The position numbers and the translations under genes were made by a program. 64,000 bases of DNA from a virus (lineage: Duplodnaviria > Caudoviricetes): IMG/VR virus record IMGVR_UViG_3300038428_000448, positions 557 through 64,556 of that record, one strand, 5' to 3'. The notes below the pieces were generated by a model, which was given only the letters and a program-made list of their open reading frames with translations, made no database searches and was not told where the DNA came from. Positions 37,275 to 47,193 of the stretch are shown one piece after another. How positions within the stretch are numbered: position 1 is the stretch's first letter; every line of letters begins with the position of its first letter.

Positions 37275-39536
37275 TTATGGCGCAGTCTGAACAATTTTTG
37301 TGCTTCCTGACCAATAAATTTTCCTTCCATATGTTGATGAATTGTATTCCGAAGCCAATGATTTTTTCGTGGCAATTTGTGTCGTATCCGTTCTGTTGGA
37401 TGACGCATCCAAGGTTAAGTACAAATATTCACTATCATAGGTAGCATCAACCATCGGGTCGAAAACCATCGAACCATCCGACGCAACCGATATTATTCTA
37501 CTTTGACTTATGGCTGAACCACCGGGTCTTGGCAGCATATTTGGTATGTACACATCCCCATATTGAACTATTGCACTTTTGGAAACATACAATGTTCCTG
37601 ACACAAACAAATCTTTATACGATCCGCCTCCCGGAATGTAAGGCACCAATGTACTGCCCGATGGGTCAAAATTTTGAAAGGCTTCCAAATCGGAATAAAC
37701 CAAACTGCTATTAATGTCAAATAATTCAGCTTTAATATCAAAACATTCATTGGCTACGGATACCGGCCAAGGAATTCGTGTACTATAAGCATCCGGCGAA
37801 AAACCGTCATCACCATAAACTCGAAATGAAATACCCCTGATGTATGCTTGGCAAAGACGGGGAACGACCACCAAAGTTCCGTATAAATCATTTTGGGGGG
37901 TAAAAAAGGCTATTAAATTATTAAAGTTAACGGTTGATTCACCAACTGTATCTGCGATTACATTTGCAATATTGACTCCAAAAGTATTTGTATAAGCTGG
38001 TTCTTGTTGAATGGCTGGAATGGAGCTGGTAAAATAAAATGAGAGTCCAGCAGTGGTTTCGGCTGGGTTTTTCATTATTACTGCAGAAATTTCCACAATA
38101 TACTGAACATTAGCCTTCAACGCCATGAAATTGGAATCATACGCAGACCCCGATTCTTCCAAAAATTGAGTCATATCAAACGGCACATATTGAGCATTTC
38201 TATTCTTGGGTATAGAATCATTTTTTACCATGAAATAATCACTACCTGACAATGAAGTATATGATGGAGAGGAGACAAACATGGAATTCACAGCATAACT
38301 CGGAGAATAATGCAATGATATGTTGTTGGAACTTGTAAACCAATAACGGTCTATATGCTGATTATTGTAAAAAGTCCCAAGAGAACTGTAATATGAATTT
38401 TGAGTCACATTATCTGCTAACAACTCATTTACTGCGATCGGTTCATCAGCAATGACTGAAAAATCGGAATTAGTCAGCAGACTTTTTCTGTATATTTTGT
38501 GGCGCGCCACATATCCTGAAAATGTTCTAATATTTCTATAAGTTATATCCGCGTAGGATTGCTGAACAATATATGTTACCCCGCCTATATTTGTAGTTTG
38601 ATAACTAGCTGTGGCATTGTTATAAGTTATAAATGGATATTGGATTGAAAAGTTTGCATTGACTATGTTAGTTATCGCATTATTACCATATTGATCCTTG
38701 TAGTAATAAGGAGTGGAAATTTGAAGAGTATTATTATTTATAACATTGGTGATAACATATGATGCAGTTGCCGACACGGGAATTTGAGTAGTGGACAATG
38801 GAGATTGTATTGTATTAATATTAAGATTGACCGTTGCGCCCACCATTTGCGAATTAAAAGCATTATTATCAGCCGTTGTATTTGTAACTACAGGATTTAT
38901 CAATGTCAACCTATAATCTATATTCGTATTTCTTTTATTAATTGTATCTAAATTTGTATCCTTTGGAGGGGTCACGGCCAACCCCTGAACGGTTCCTGTA
39001 AAGGTTATATTATCGACCAAACCCAAAGAAATATTGGAACTTAAAATAGGAACTTCAGCCGGGTCTACTTCCAGTACAGGCGATTGATAAAATCTTACTC
39101 GTGAAGTGTTTTTTAGAGTTTTATTAATGGTAATATTCTGCATCCATTTGACTGTTCTGCCATCAATCAAAGTTCCATAGAGAATAATATGACCTACACC
39201 TTCGGCTGTATCATCAAAAACATGAATGGAAAAAACAAAAGACGAACCTTCTTTGTAGGCATACGTAACCGCAGAAACATCAGAAGATTGCGCTAGTTCC
39301 ATGTACAATGCGTGGCCTTGAGAATCCAAACATTCCGGATAAATCAAACTACCTGATTGTAGGTATGTGGACCCATTGAAGGAAAACGCATTCTTACCCG
39401 CGGTAAATTGTGGATTGAATTCAGATACAACGAAAAACTGAGAAAGATATTGTGTATCTGTTACATCTGCTTGTAAGTTGTACAACCCATAATCCACCCC
39501 TTTTATGCCGAAACTATTCAATAAATTTAATGCCAT
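37275..39536 (-). CDS. Putative virion structural protein
   Basis: 753 aa, Ser/Thr/Asn-rich and beta-rich, late-type motif 3 nt upstream. Confidence 0.65.
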   Translation of the reverse strand: MALNLLNSFGIKGVDYGLYNLQADVTDTQYLSQFFVVSEFNPQFTAGKNAFSFNGSTYLQSGSLIYPECLDSQGHALYMELAQSSDVSAVTYAYKEGSSFVFSIHVFDDTAEGVGHIILYGTLIDGRTVKWMQNITINKTLKNTSRVRFYQSPVLEVDPAEVPILSSNISLGLVDNITFTGTVQGLAVTPPKDTNLDTINKRNTNIDYRLTLINPVVTNTTADNNAFNSQMVGATVNLNINTIQSPLSTTQIPVSATASYVITNVINNNTLQISTPYYYKDQYGNNAITNIVNANFSIQYPFITYNNATASYQTTNIGGVTYIVQQSYADITYRNIRTFSGYVARHKIYRKSLLTNSDFSVIADEPIAVNELLADNVTQNSYYSSLGTFYNNQHIDRYWFTSSNNISLHYSPSYAVNSMFVSSPSYTSLSGSDYFMVKNDSIPKNRNAQYVPFDMTQFLEESGSAYDSNFMALKANVQYIVEISAVIMKNPAETTAGLSFYFTSSIPAIQQEPAYTNTFGVNIANVIADTVGESTVNFNNLIAFFTPQNDLYGTLVVVPRLCQAYIRGISFRVYGDDGFSPDAYSTRIPWPVSVANECFDIKAELFDINSSLVYSDLEAFQNFDPSGSTLVPYIPGGGSYKDLFVSGTLYVSKSAIVQYGDVYIPNMLPRPGGSAISQSRIISVASDGSMVFDPMVDATYDSEYLYLTLDASSNRTDTTQIATKKSLASEYNSSTYGRKIYWSGSTKIVQTAP

Positions 39537-39539
39537 GCT

Positions 39540-39547
39540 TATAAATA
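39540..39547 (-). promoter_or_regulatory. Late-type motif TATTTATA
   Basis: 3 nt before ATG 39536 in a divergent gap, where a promoter is required. Confidence 0.7.
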
Positions 39548-39562
39548 GATAATTATATTAAT

Positions 39563-40096
39563 ATGAGCGCGTATTTAACGTGGGTAGCATCTCTTGATTC
39601 AATTAAGAATACAAAGGAAAAAACCATACTTGAATTGGGGTTGGGAGAAGGAACAAAAATTTTAATTGAAAAATTTAAGATGGTTTATTCTTTTGAAGTG
39701 GTTAAAAGCGATGCATGGTATAAAAGATGTGTGGAAGATTACAAGTCTTATTCAAATTGGAAATCAACGTTCCATTCAATGAGCGACATAATAGGATTGG
39801 ACAAGGCTGATGAAGAGTGTCAAATATCGACGGGAAAAACAAGAAATATAGAACCCATGAAATTGTATTTCAAATTATTGGAAGAATTTGTTTCAGATAT
39901 AAAAAATATTAATGTGGCGCTTGTTGACCCCGGTTTTCACCTTCGCTGTGAATGTGTCAATTACTTTATTGAAAAAGAAATTCCTATAATAATAGCTCAT
40001 GACACTCAAGGAGTTTACGGCTATGAACAAATTAAATTGCCATCTAATTATACTACAACGAAGTTTACCGATACGACCCATTATTTAAAAATTTAA
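39563..40096 (+). CDS. Class I SAM-dependent methyltransferase-like protein
   Basis: ILELGLGEGT motif I, YSFE, ALVD, IIAHDT. Confidence 0.65.
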   Translation: MSAYLTWVASLDSIKNTKEKTILELGLGEGTKILIEKFKMVYSFEVVKSDAWYKRCVEDYKSYSNWKSTFHSMSDIIGLDKADEECQISTGKTRNIEPMKLYFKLLEEFVSDIKNINVALVDPGFHLRCECVNYFIEKEIPIIIAHDTQGVYGYEQIKLPSNYTTTKFTDTTHYLKI

Positions 40097-43000
40097 CTAT
40101 TTATACACCACTTTAGAAAATCCATTATCTTTAATTATTTCAATGTGTTTATCAACAATATCACGCAAAGATTCTAAATGGGAAACGATCATTATAAAGT
40201 CAAAATTGGTCTTTAAATACGAAAACAACGTTTGCATTGAGGATAAATTTTCTGCATCCAATACTCCAAAACCCTCGTCGATTATCAAAAAATTTGGTCG
40301 GGGTAAATTCGAAATGTTGATCAAAGCTACTCGGATGGCTAATGATAGAGCAAATTTTTCAAACCCACTCGTCAAGCTCATCAACCACTTTTTATCATTA
40401 TAAACAATGTAAGGAATGATGTTTTTACCATCCGTTTCAAACAATGAAGTAAACTCTGTAACCTGTCCCAAAATATTATTGACTTCGTTTTGAATTTCCG
40501 GGACGGTAGCGGTAATCACACCAAAAGGAATTCCGTCTCTACTCACCGCTTGACAATATACTTCGTATAGTTTGTATTTTTGTTCCACAATCTTGATTTG
40601 GTCAATCTTACGGTTAATTTCGGAGATTTGATTCTTGCACACAGAAACCTTACTGTTGATATCCATCAACGTCTTATTTTTTGCTTTGTACAAATAATCC
40701 ACTTGATTCAATTCCTTATTGTATTCATCAATCTGTCTATTGATTTCTTCATTGAATGCCATTGAGTCTTTATTTTTATTATACAATTCAGTATTTTTTT
40801 CATGTAACTTGACCTCTTCATCAAATTTGGACAGATTGTTTTTCAACTTGCTAAGAGAATCGGTGGCTTTGATTCTTTCATCTTTTAATTTGTTTCGTTT
40901 GGTCAGAAAGCCCATTAATTTTAGATTTGCATCAAATGCCCATTTGGTTTCTGTGATTTGTTTATCCACCGCCTCCAATTCATTTTTAATGACCAAAGAT
41001 TCCCCCTCTATCGTTTTCATCCTTTTGTATGCTTCTTTGGCTTCCATTGCAACCACTCCTGCATTTTTTACACAATAGGAACAATCGGGGTCATATTCAA
41101 GTGATTCTGCTTTTTCGTAAATTTTAAGGTCATTAAGATAATTCAATTTCATTTGTTCTCGCTTGTTTTGAATATCTTTTTTCTGACCCATTAATTCTTG
41201 AAATTTTATGGATAATTCAGTAACTTTTTTATTCTCCAAATCCTCAATTTCGCGTTCAATTGTTGCCAATTGCCCCGATACGGCTTCCATACTTTTTTCC
41301 GTATTAGTAATCACATCTTTTGCATTGACAAAACCAGCCTTTGACCTAGACAAAGCAAGTTCACTTGTAGTCAAAGATGGTATCTGAATATCAATTTTAA
41401 CTAATTTTTTGGTAGTTTCAAGTATTTGCTCTTGAATCGAATCCTTTTTCTTTCCTATCTCAACCAATGCGGTTGATTCATCTCTATAAAGACTCTCTGC
41501 TTGTCCAAGCAGATTGGTATAATCCACCAATTTTTGGGTATAATCATCGTTTCTGTAGGCCCGGAGAGTCACAAGTTGTTCCCTCAATCGTTCATTAGCT
41601 TCCGTATAAAGGCGGTCAAATACCGTCAAGCCCATGAATTGGGAAAACAAATCTTTTCGATCTGTATCACCCATGTCAATTACCGAAGCATTATTTTTGC
41701 CATTTTGAACACTAAGAGAAGTCAGCACAAAATCATCATAAGACCCCAAATATTCCCTAATAATCTCATTCGTATCCTTTCTTTGCTCACCATTCAAATC
41801 TATCTCTTGCCCGTTTTCTATTTTCCAAAAACGAACATCAACCTTTACTTTTCCCTTTTTATCAGCTTTACCTTCACGTTTAATAAAGTATCTTTTACCG
41901 TCAATTTCAAACTCAAATTTGCAGTTAAAATCGGTTTTTTGCACATTCATTATGTTGGCAGCCTTGAACTCTCGTTCACATTTGTCAAACAAACAAAATG
42001 TCATGGCAGAAAATATACTTGATTTTCCCGACGCATTTGCCGCGAATAAACCCACAAGGTCTTTGGTCTTTGTGAAATCAATAACATTGCCCTCACCATA
42101 AGAAAACATATTATCCCACTCAAATTTGATAGGAATCCAACGAATATTTCTGACAAAATCATCCTTCTTGATGGAGTCGTTCATTTCATCATTTATCTTG
42201 ATGATACCGTCAATAAAAGCGGGACCGGTGATTTTAAGTTTGGTCTTTAAGAACTCTTTAAGTAGGTCAACTTGATAGCTTTTATCATTAATGTCACCCA
42301 AAACCACGTTACCATTAGCTGTTGGAATTCTTGTCAAAGTAACTCCCGAATCCAATTTTTCATAACAAGATTCAACCACTTCCGTCAATTGCCGAACATG
42401 AGTCAAAGCTTCCTTGACTTCGGTTGGCATCGTATTCTTCAATTGAAAACGAATTCTAGCCTTCTTTGGAAGACCTTTTAAAGTGGTGAAAATGACCCCA
42501 TTATCAAGAAGAATACTGAAAAATCCATAATCGTTTAGAATATCTGAATGAATATAATCCCTTTGTTTCAAGTTCCAAAATGAATAACCGTGGCCCTTTA
42601 TAGGTTCATCATGTTTTTGTTGAATCAATGAACCAGCATAACGAATGGCTGGTTTTCCTGTGTTTTCATCATATATTTGAAGATTTTGTTCCTTGTGAAC
42701 ATCACCCAATAAAGCCATATCATGACCATCAAAGGTATTGACATTAACCGAAGGATTTAGCAAAGTAAACCCAAGGTCTGTTCTAGCCCCGTCAACTTCT
42801 CCATGATAGGTGGCAATGAAATATTCATACTGATTGCGATAAATATTAGGTATATCAGACCCCTTCAAATACTTGTCGGGCGAATCGAACACACTATAAT
42901 TATTTATACAAATATTACCAAAACCATATAAACCTGATTTTTTGAGATAGAATAAAGATGGGCGATTCAACGCATCAACAATGGGACTTAAACTGTCCAT

Positions 43001-43306
43001 TCTATGTCGATTTGTCAAATTCGTATCGTGATTCCCCGCAACTAAAATGGTTGGTCGAATCGAAGACAATTCAAACAAAAAGTCCGCAGCCAAATCTACA
43101 CATTCAGGACTCAAATCAATCTTACTATTAACAACGTCACCAAGAACAAAAATTGCAGTTGTCGGTGGTGTCTTTAAAAGTTCACTAAACAGGTGAGAAA
43201 ATACCTCTTTGTATTCTTCATGCCTTTTTGTAAGACGAATATGAATGTCTGATAACTGAACTACATGACTGAATTTTTGATTTACCGTTAAATGTGTTAT
43301 TGCCAT
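40097..43306 (-). CDS. Fused Mre11/SbcD nuclease + Rad50/SbcC ATPase (gp47-gp46-like)
   Basis: SDIH, GD, GNHD, GDVH phosphoesterase motifs; ANASGKSS Walker A; CSYC hook; SGFE signature; FLIIDEGFGVLD Walker B; VSH. Confidence 0.93.
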   Translation of the reverse strand: MAITHLTVNQKFSHVVQLSDIHIRLTKRHEEYKEVFSHLFSELLKTPPTTAIFVLGDVVNSKIDLSPECVDLAADFLFELSSIRPTILVAGNHDTNLTNRHRMDSLSPIVDALNRPSLFYLKKSGLYGFGNICINNYSVFDSPDKYLKGSDIPNIYRNQYEYFIATYHGEVDGARTDLGFTLLNPSVNVNTFDGHDMALLGDVHKEQNLQIYDENTGKPAIRYAGSLIQQKHDEPIKGHGYSFWNLKQRDYIHSDILNDYGFFSILLDNGVIFTTLKGLPKKARIRFQLKNTMPTEVKEALTHVRQLTEVVESCYEKLDSGVTLTRIPTANGNVVLGDINDKSYQVDLLKEFLKTKLKITGPAFIDGIIKINDEMNDSIKKDDFVRNIRWIPIKFEWDNMFSYGEGNVIDFTKTKDLVGLFAANASGKSSIFSAMTFCLFDKCEREFKAANIMNVQKTDFNCKFEFEIDGKRYFIKREGKADKKGKVKVDVRFWKIENGQEIDLNGEQRKDTNEIIREYLGSYDDFVLTSLSVQNGKNNASVIDMGDTDRKDLFSQFMGLTVFDRLYTEANERLREQLVTLRAYRNDDYTQKLVDYTNLLGQAESLYRDESTALVEIGKKKDSIQEQILETTKKLVKIDIQIPSLTTSELALSRSKAGFVNAKDVITNTEKSMEAVSGQLATIEREIEDLENKKVTELSIKFQELMGQKKDIQNKREQMKLNYLNDLKIYEKAESLEYDPDCSYCVKNAGVVAMEAKEAYKRMKTIEGESLVIKNELEAVDKQITETKWAFDANLKLMGFLTKRNKLKDERIKATDSLSKLKNNLSKFDEEVKLHEKNTELYNKNKDSMAFNEEINRQIDEYNKELNQVDYLYKAKNKTLMDINSKVSVCKNQISEINRKIDQIKIVEQKYKLYEVYCQAVSRDGIPFGVITATVPEIQNEVNNILGQVTEFTSLFETDGKNIIPYIVYNDKKWLMSLTSGFEKFALSLAIRVALINISNLPRPNFLIIDEGFGVLDAENLSSMQTLFSYLKTNFDFIMIVSHLESLRDIVDKHIEIIKDNGFSKVVYK

Positions 43307-43778
43307 AAGTTATGATTGGTTTTACTCTCAAATCCTTTATCAAATCGTAAAATAATTCTTCCCAAGGTTCATAATTACTAAGAAATCCTGCATGAACATA
43401 TGAGAATCGAAGAGCATCCAATTCGGTTTTTGATGTGGTAAAATATAGTCTTGCTATATCATTATAATTTTCTCTTGTTATTTGGTTAGCTTTACATTTT
43501 GGTATTTCTTTTTCTATACCATTAAAATGTTGCCAATGATGCCTCCATTCATGCGCAATAATATTTTTTTGTGCGCCACTATCATATCTACTACTAACAA
43601 CAATCGCTCCATGTATCAAAGAATAAGGCTTCCCATCAACATCATAGATTTCATTCTTTGAGGATGGAGTATAATAACTACCAGCTCTACCATCACCAAA
43701 CGGAAAAAACAGTATTTCAGGTATGGGAATTGTTTTATCCACTTTTCTTCTAAGCCAATTTAATTCCAAGCTTTTCAT
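43218..43778 (-). CDS. Putative zinc metallopeptidase
   Basis: AHEWRHHWQH (HExxH) and downstream ELDA. Confidence 0.65.
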   Translation of the reverse strand: MKSLELNWLRRKVDKTIPIPEILFFPFGDGRAGSYYTPSSKNEIYDVDGKPYSLIHGAIVVSSRYDSGAQKNIIAHEWRHHWQHFNGIEKEIPKCKANQITRENYNDIARLYFTTSKTELDALRFSYVHAGFLSNYEPWEELFYDLIKDLRVKPIITYGNNTFNGKSKIQSCSSVIRHSYSSYKKA

Positions 43779-44707
43779 CTATCTAACCTTGCCTTTATTA
43801 TGTCAGAAAAATCAAATGCCTTTGAGTTCTCAATCAATTCATGTGTTGCTTCAAATCCAAGAATAGAGGGGTCTTTCTCTCCCAATCTAATCAAGTGAAT
43901 ATCAATTTGATTGACTTGTAAATCCTCAATTCTATCAAAAATATTCACAGCTTGTTTAAGAGCATCATTATCCAAAACAATGTTCACTCTTTTTACTTTG
44001 TGGTTAACAATGGCTAATTTTAACATAAATGTCAGGGTAGTTCCGAATAACGGTATAGCGTTGTTTCTTACAGCCATTGCATCAAACGTCCCTTCCACCA
44101 AAGTTATTGGTTCCTGCCAATTTACAAACAATTCAAATCCAATAATATCCTTGGACCAAGGTGGCAGCATATATTTGTATAAATTACCTTCATGGTAAGC
44201 TCTAGCTGCAAAGAAATTCACATTACCGTCTTTATCGTAGGATGGAACCAAAACTCTTTGCCTATAGGCGCCCTCTTCACAATAACCAATATTATAACGA
44301 ATGATATCATCCATCGTAACTCGTCTATCTTTAAGATATGACATAGCGTGCCCGTAGTCGAAGGCATTTGACGGTTTCCAAAGAGGTATGAATTCATCCG
44401 GTAATGACAAATTTTTTAACCGTTCCTCTTCTTTTTCTTGCCGTTTCCATGACTTTCCTACGATTTTATACAATTCATCAAAATAGGAGTCTTTGACTTT
44501 AAGTTTATAAAAAAGAGAACGAATGGATTTACCACATGAGTTACAAACCCAACAATGCCATTCTTGGGTTCTTACATTGACTTCCAATTTCTTTTTATAA
44601 TGGGAGCAAAAGGGGCAAAAATAAACCGCTTCTTCACCCTTGCGGATATAAGCAGTTTGATTCAATACCTTGTCAAGAAGGGAAAATAATTGCGACTCTT
44701 TTAGCAT
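43775..44707 (-). CDS. DNA primase (zinc finger + TOPRIM)
   Basis: CPFC...WHCWVC; LVEGTFDA; IVLDNDA. Confidence 0.9.
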   Translation of the reverse strand: MLKESQLFSLLDKVLNQTAYIRKGEEAVYFCPFCSHYKKKLEVNVRTQEWHCWVCNSCGKSIRSLFYKLKVKDSYFDELYKIVGKSWKRQEKEEERLKNLSLPDEFIPLWKPSNAFDYGHAMSYLKDRRVTMDDIIRYNIGYCEEGAYRQRVLVPSYDKDGNVNFFAARAYHEGNLYKYMLPPWSKDIIGFELFVNWQEPITLVEGTFDAMAVRNNAIPLFGTTLTFMLKLAIVNHKVKRVNIVLDNDALKQAVNIFDRIEDLQVNQIDIHLIRLGEKDPSILGFEATHELIENSKAFDFSDIIKARLDR

Positions 44708-44714
44708 TGAAGAA

Positions 44715-44743
44715 ATGCTATATTATAAAATCTTGATAGTCAA
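44715..44743 (-). promoter_or_regulatory. sigma70-type promoter, probably leaderless
   Basis: TTGACT-17 nt-TAGCAT, ending 7 nt before the primase ATG. Confidence 0.7.
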
Positions 44744-44747
44744 ATTG

Positions 44748-46052
44748 TTATAATCCTATAGCAGTCCACATCAATGAACCACTCCAAGCTTGAAAGCTTG
44801 CAGTAAATCCGGTTGTTGTTAGTGGTGTACTAATGACAGAACCAGTTAATGGCCAGCTACCTGTCGGTTGTAAAGTAACAACATAATTTACATTAGAAAA
44901 TGCTGTATTGAATGTCACTTTAGAACCTGTTGCTCCATTGGCATAATTTACTATACCGGCTTGAATTTGTGGAATGCCCGTTCCCCAAGAAGATGCACTT
45001 GCATATGATGAAGTTCCAAGAAAGTTTCCTTTAATACCACTTGCAGTTATATTACTTGCCCATGAAGCAGTGCCCCACACTGAAGCAGTAACCGGACCAT
45101 TTACGAAAGATGCAGTAAGAGCTGTAGAAGCCCAAGACGAAGTGCCCCAAACTGAAGCAGTTGCATTACCACTCAAAAAACTTGAAGTAACCGACCAGCT
45201 TGCTGTTCCGACGAGTCCACTAGCCGATACGTTACTTGCCCATGATGCTGTACCATTCAGATTATTTGCCCACGAAGCTGTACCCGCCAAGTTAGATGCC
45301 CAACTTGCTGTTCCATTAAGATTGGTGGCCCAAGAAGCTGTACCGAACATTGAACCGGTTTGTGGTCCATTCAGAAAACTTGAAGTTAAGGAACTTGCAA
45401 CTGTTCCTGTAATACCACTTGATGTAATATTAGCTGCCCATGATGCCGTTCCATTTAAATTGTTTGCCCAACTTGCAGTACCGGCTAAGTTGGAAGCCCA
45501 AGATGCAGTTCCCCAAGTTGAGCCTGTGTGTGGCCCACTAACAAAACTAGCACTTGTTGCAGAAATAATTGTTCCAATAATTCCACTAGAAGTTATATTG
45601 GATGCCCATGATGCCGTGCCCCAAGTTGAACCTGTGTGAGGTCCATTTGCAAAACTAGCAGTATTTGATGTTAAAGCATTTGACGCCCAAGATGCGGTTC
45701 CAAACATTGAACCTGTTTGGGAACCATTTAGAAAACTTGCACTCGTTGATGCACTCGCATATGAGGCTGATGTAGCAACCACCGCATAAAGAGCATATGA
45801 TGCACTATCAGCCGGAGAAATATTTAAAGCATATGATGCAGTTATAGCAAACGAAGAAGTATCAGTTGGTGATATATTCAAAGCATACGACGCGGTTACA
45901 GCATTGGCTGCCGTAACATTCATTACTATATCAAGTTCATTGCCCAATCCGTCCGAAAATGATGACGATGGATATACAACCTGAACAAGTTGTTCAAAGG
46001 TATTTGCTGGTAGTTGGCCTGATAGATTATACGATTGATATACGTTTGACAT
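44748..46052 (-). CDS. Fibre/decoration protein with GTASWA repeats and beta-sandwich tip
   Basis: Same repeat shaft as 1963..10464 and tip similar to 850..1347. Confidence 0.75.
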   Translation of the reverse strand: MSNVYQSYNLSGQLPANTFEQLVQVVYPSSSFSDGLGNELDIVMNVTAANAVTASYALNISPTDTSSFAITASYALNISPADSASYALYAVVATSASYASASTSASFLNGSQTGSMFGTASWASNALTSNTASFANGPHTGSTWGTASWASNITSSGIIGTIISATSASFVSGPHTGSTWGTASWASNLAGTASWANNLNGTASWAANITSSGITGTVASSLTSSFLNGPQTGSMFGTASWATNLNGTASWASNLAGTASWANNLNGTASWASNVSASGLVGTASWSVTSSFLSGNATASVWGTSSWASTALTASFVNGPVTASVWGTASWASNITASGIKGNFLGTSSYASASSWGTGIPQIQAGIVNYANGATGSKVTFNTAFSNVNYVVTLQPTGSWPLTGSVISTPLTTTGFTASFQAWSGSLMWTAIGL

Positions 46053-46074
46053 ATTTTAGTAAAAAGTTATCATT

Positions 46075-46082
46075 TATAAATA
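46075..46082 (-). promoter_or_regulatory. Late-type motif TATTTATA
   Basis: Intergenic upstream of 46052. Confidence 0.65.
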
Positions 46083-46090
46083 TGGACAGA

Positions 46091-46609
46091 TTATCCAAAA
46101 AGCGACGCAACTACAGCATCATACATATCACCATTATGTGCATCCCAATTACCATCCCTATTCAGTTTTTCAAACTTGGATATATTTGAAACAATTAAAG
46201 GAATTTGTTGTTTCACATATTCCTTGGGTTTGATTCCTTTTATTCTTGCTTTACCAAACACCTTTTTTCTCATGGTGTTGACGTTGCACAAAACAATGGG
46301 AAATTTAAAGGATTCGGACAACATATATTCAAAAACTGCGTTCCAACGGGAAAGAGTAATGATGGTTTGTTGGGAAGTCAAGCCACCACCAAAACCGGAT
46401 AACGCGGCTTCAAGATTGATATGGTCAACCGAAGAAATCAAGGAATGTTTTGACAAGAAATCTATGACAAACTTTCCTTTTTCTTTGTTGGTCTCAAGTT
46501 TTGAAACATTAAGAAAACCTGCATCCATTACGGAACCGCTTTGTGCAAACGACCATCCAACAATGGACGTTGAGGCATCCAATCCAAGAATTGTTTTAAA
46601 AATCATCAA
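46091..46609 (-). CDS. RuvC-like Holliday junction resolvase
   Basis: ILGLDASTSIVGW, INLE, DMYDAVV RNase H-fold acidic motifs. Confidence 0.8.
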   Translation of the reverse strand: MMIFKTILGLDASTSIVGWSFAQSGSVMDAGFLNVSKLETNKEKGKFVIDFLSKHSLISSVDHINLEAALSGFGGGLTSQQTIITLSRWNAVFEYMLSESFKFPIVLCNVNTMRKKVFGKARIKGIKPKEYVKQQIPLIVSNISKFEKLNRDGNWDAHNGDMYDAVVASLFG

Positions 46610-47129
46610 TTGATTTTTTAATGTTTTCTGCCCTTACACTATTCATACTATATGAAGCTGAACATGCTAGAGGAACATATGAGCCTGTAAAAGCATAATT
46701 AGCATAACTCGAATTGGTTGTTAAAAACGATTGTCTCCACACCCATTTATTTCGAACATAACAATCAAATTCATTACTTTCCAATTCAATTTCCGGGTCA
46801 ATACTGAGTTCAAGCCTTTTAATGGTTCCTTCATAATCATCAGAATGATTTTCAGGAAAAGGTTTTCTCATGTAAAAGTAACCATCTTTTTTCTTTTGTT
46901 CGACCATCCGAAGTTCTTTGGAAACTTGTTTTTTCAAATCCTTGACAGCTTTAAGATGGTTTTTCTTCAACTGAGCCAATTGATCTTTTTGATATTTTTG
47001 TAGAAATTCCTGAGCATCCAACCAATAACCCTGCTCGGCTGCTTCAAAAATTTCATCATGTTTTTTCTTATTATCTATTACTATACCAAGTAATTCCGAT
47101 TTTGAAACTTTAACTTTTGATAGGGACAT
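46596..47129 (-). CDS. Helical hypothetical protein
   Basis: 177 aa with AAGGAG Shine-Dalgarno. Confidence 0.75.
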   Translation of the reverse strand: MSLSKVKVSKSELLGIVIDNKKKHDEIFEAAEQGYWLDAQEFLQKYQKDQLAQLKKNHLKAVKDLKKQVSKELRMVEQKKKDGYFYMRKPFPENHSDDYEGTIKRLELSIDPEIELESNEFDCYVRNKWVWRQSFLTTNSSYANYAFTGSYVPLACSASYSMNSVRAENIKKSIDDF

Positions 47130-47130
47130 G

Positions 47131-47183
47131 TAAAACTCCTTGTGTAACTGTTTCTAATACATAGTCACACAAGGAGTATTTTA
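47131..47183 (-). promoter_or_regulatory. RBS-sequestering hairpin with late-type motif variant in the loop
   Basis: Minus strand ACTCCTTGTGTGACT-loop-AGTTACACAAGGAGT, 15 bp with one G-U pair, covering AAGGAG. Confidence 0.75.
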
Positions 47184-47193
47184 GAAATTTTAA

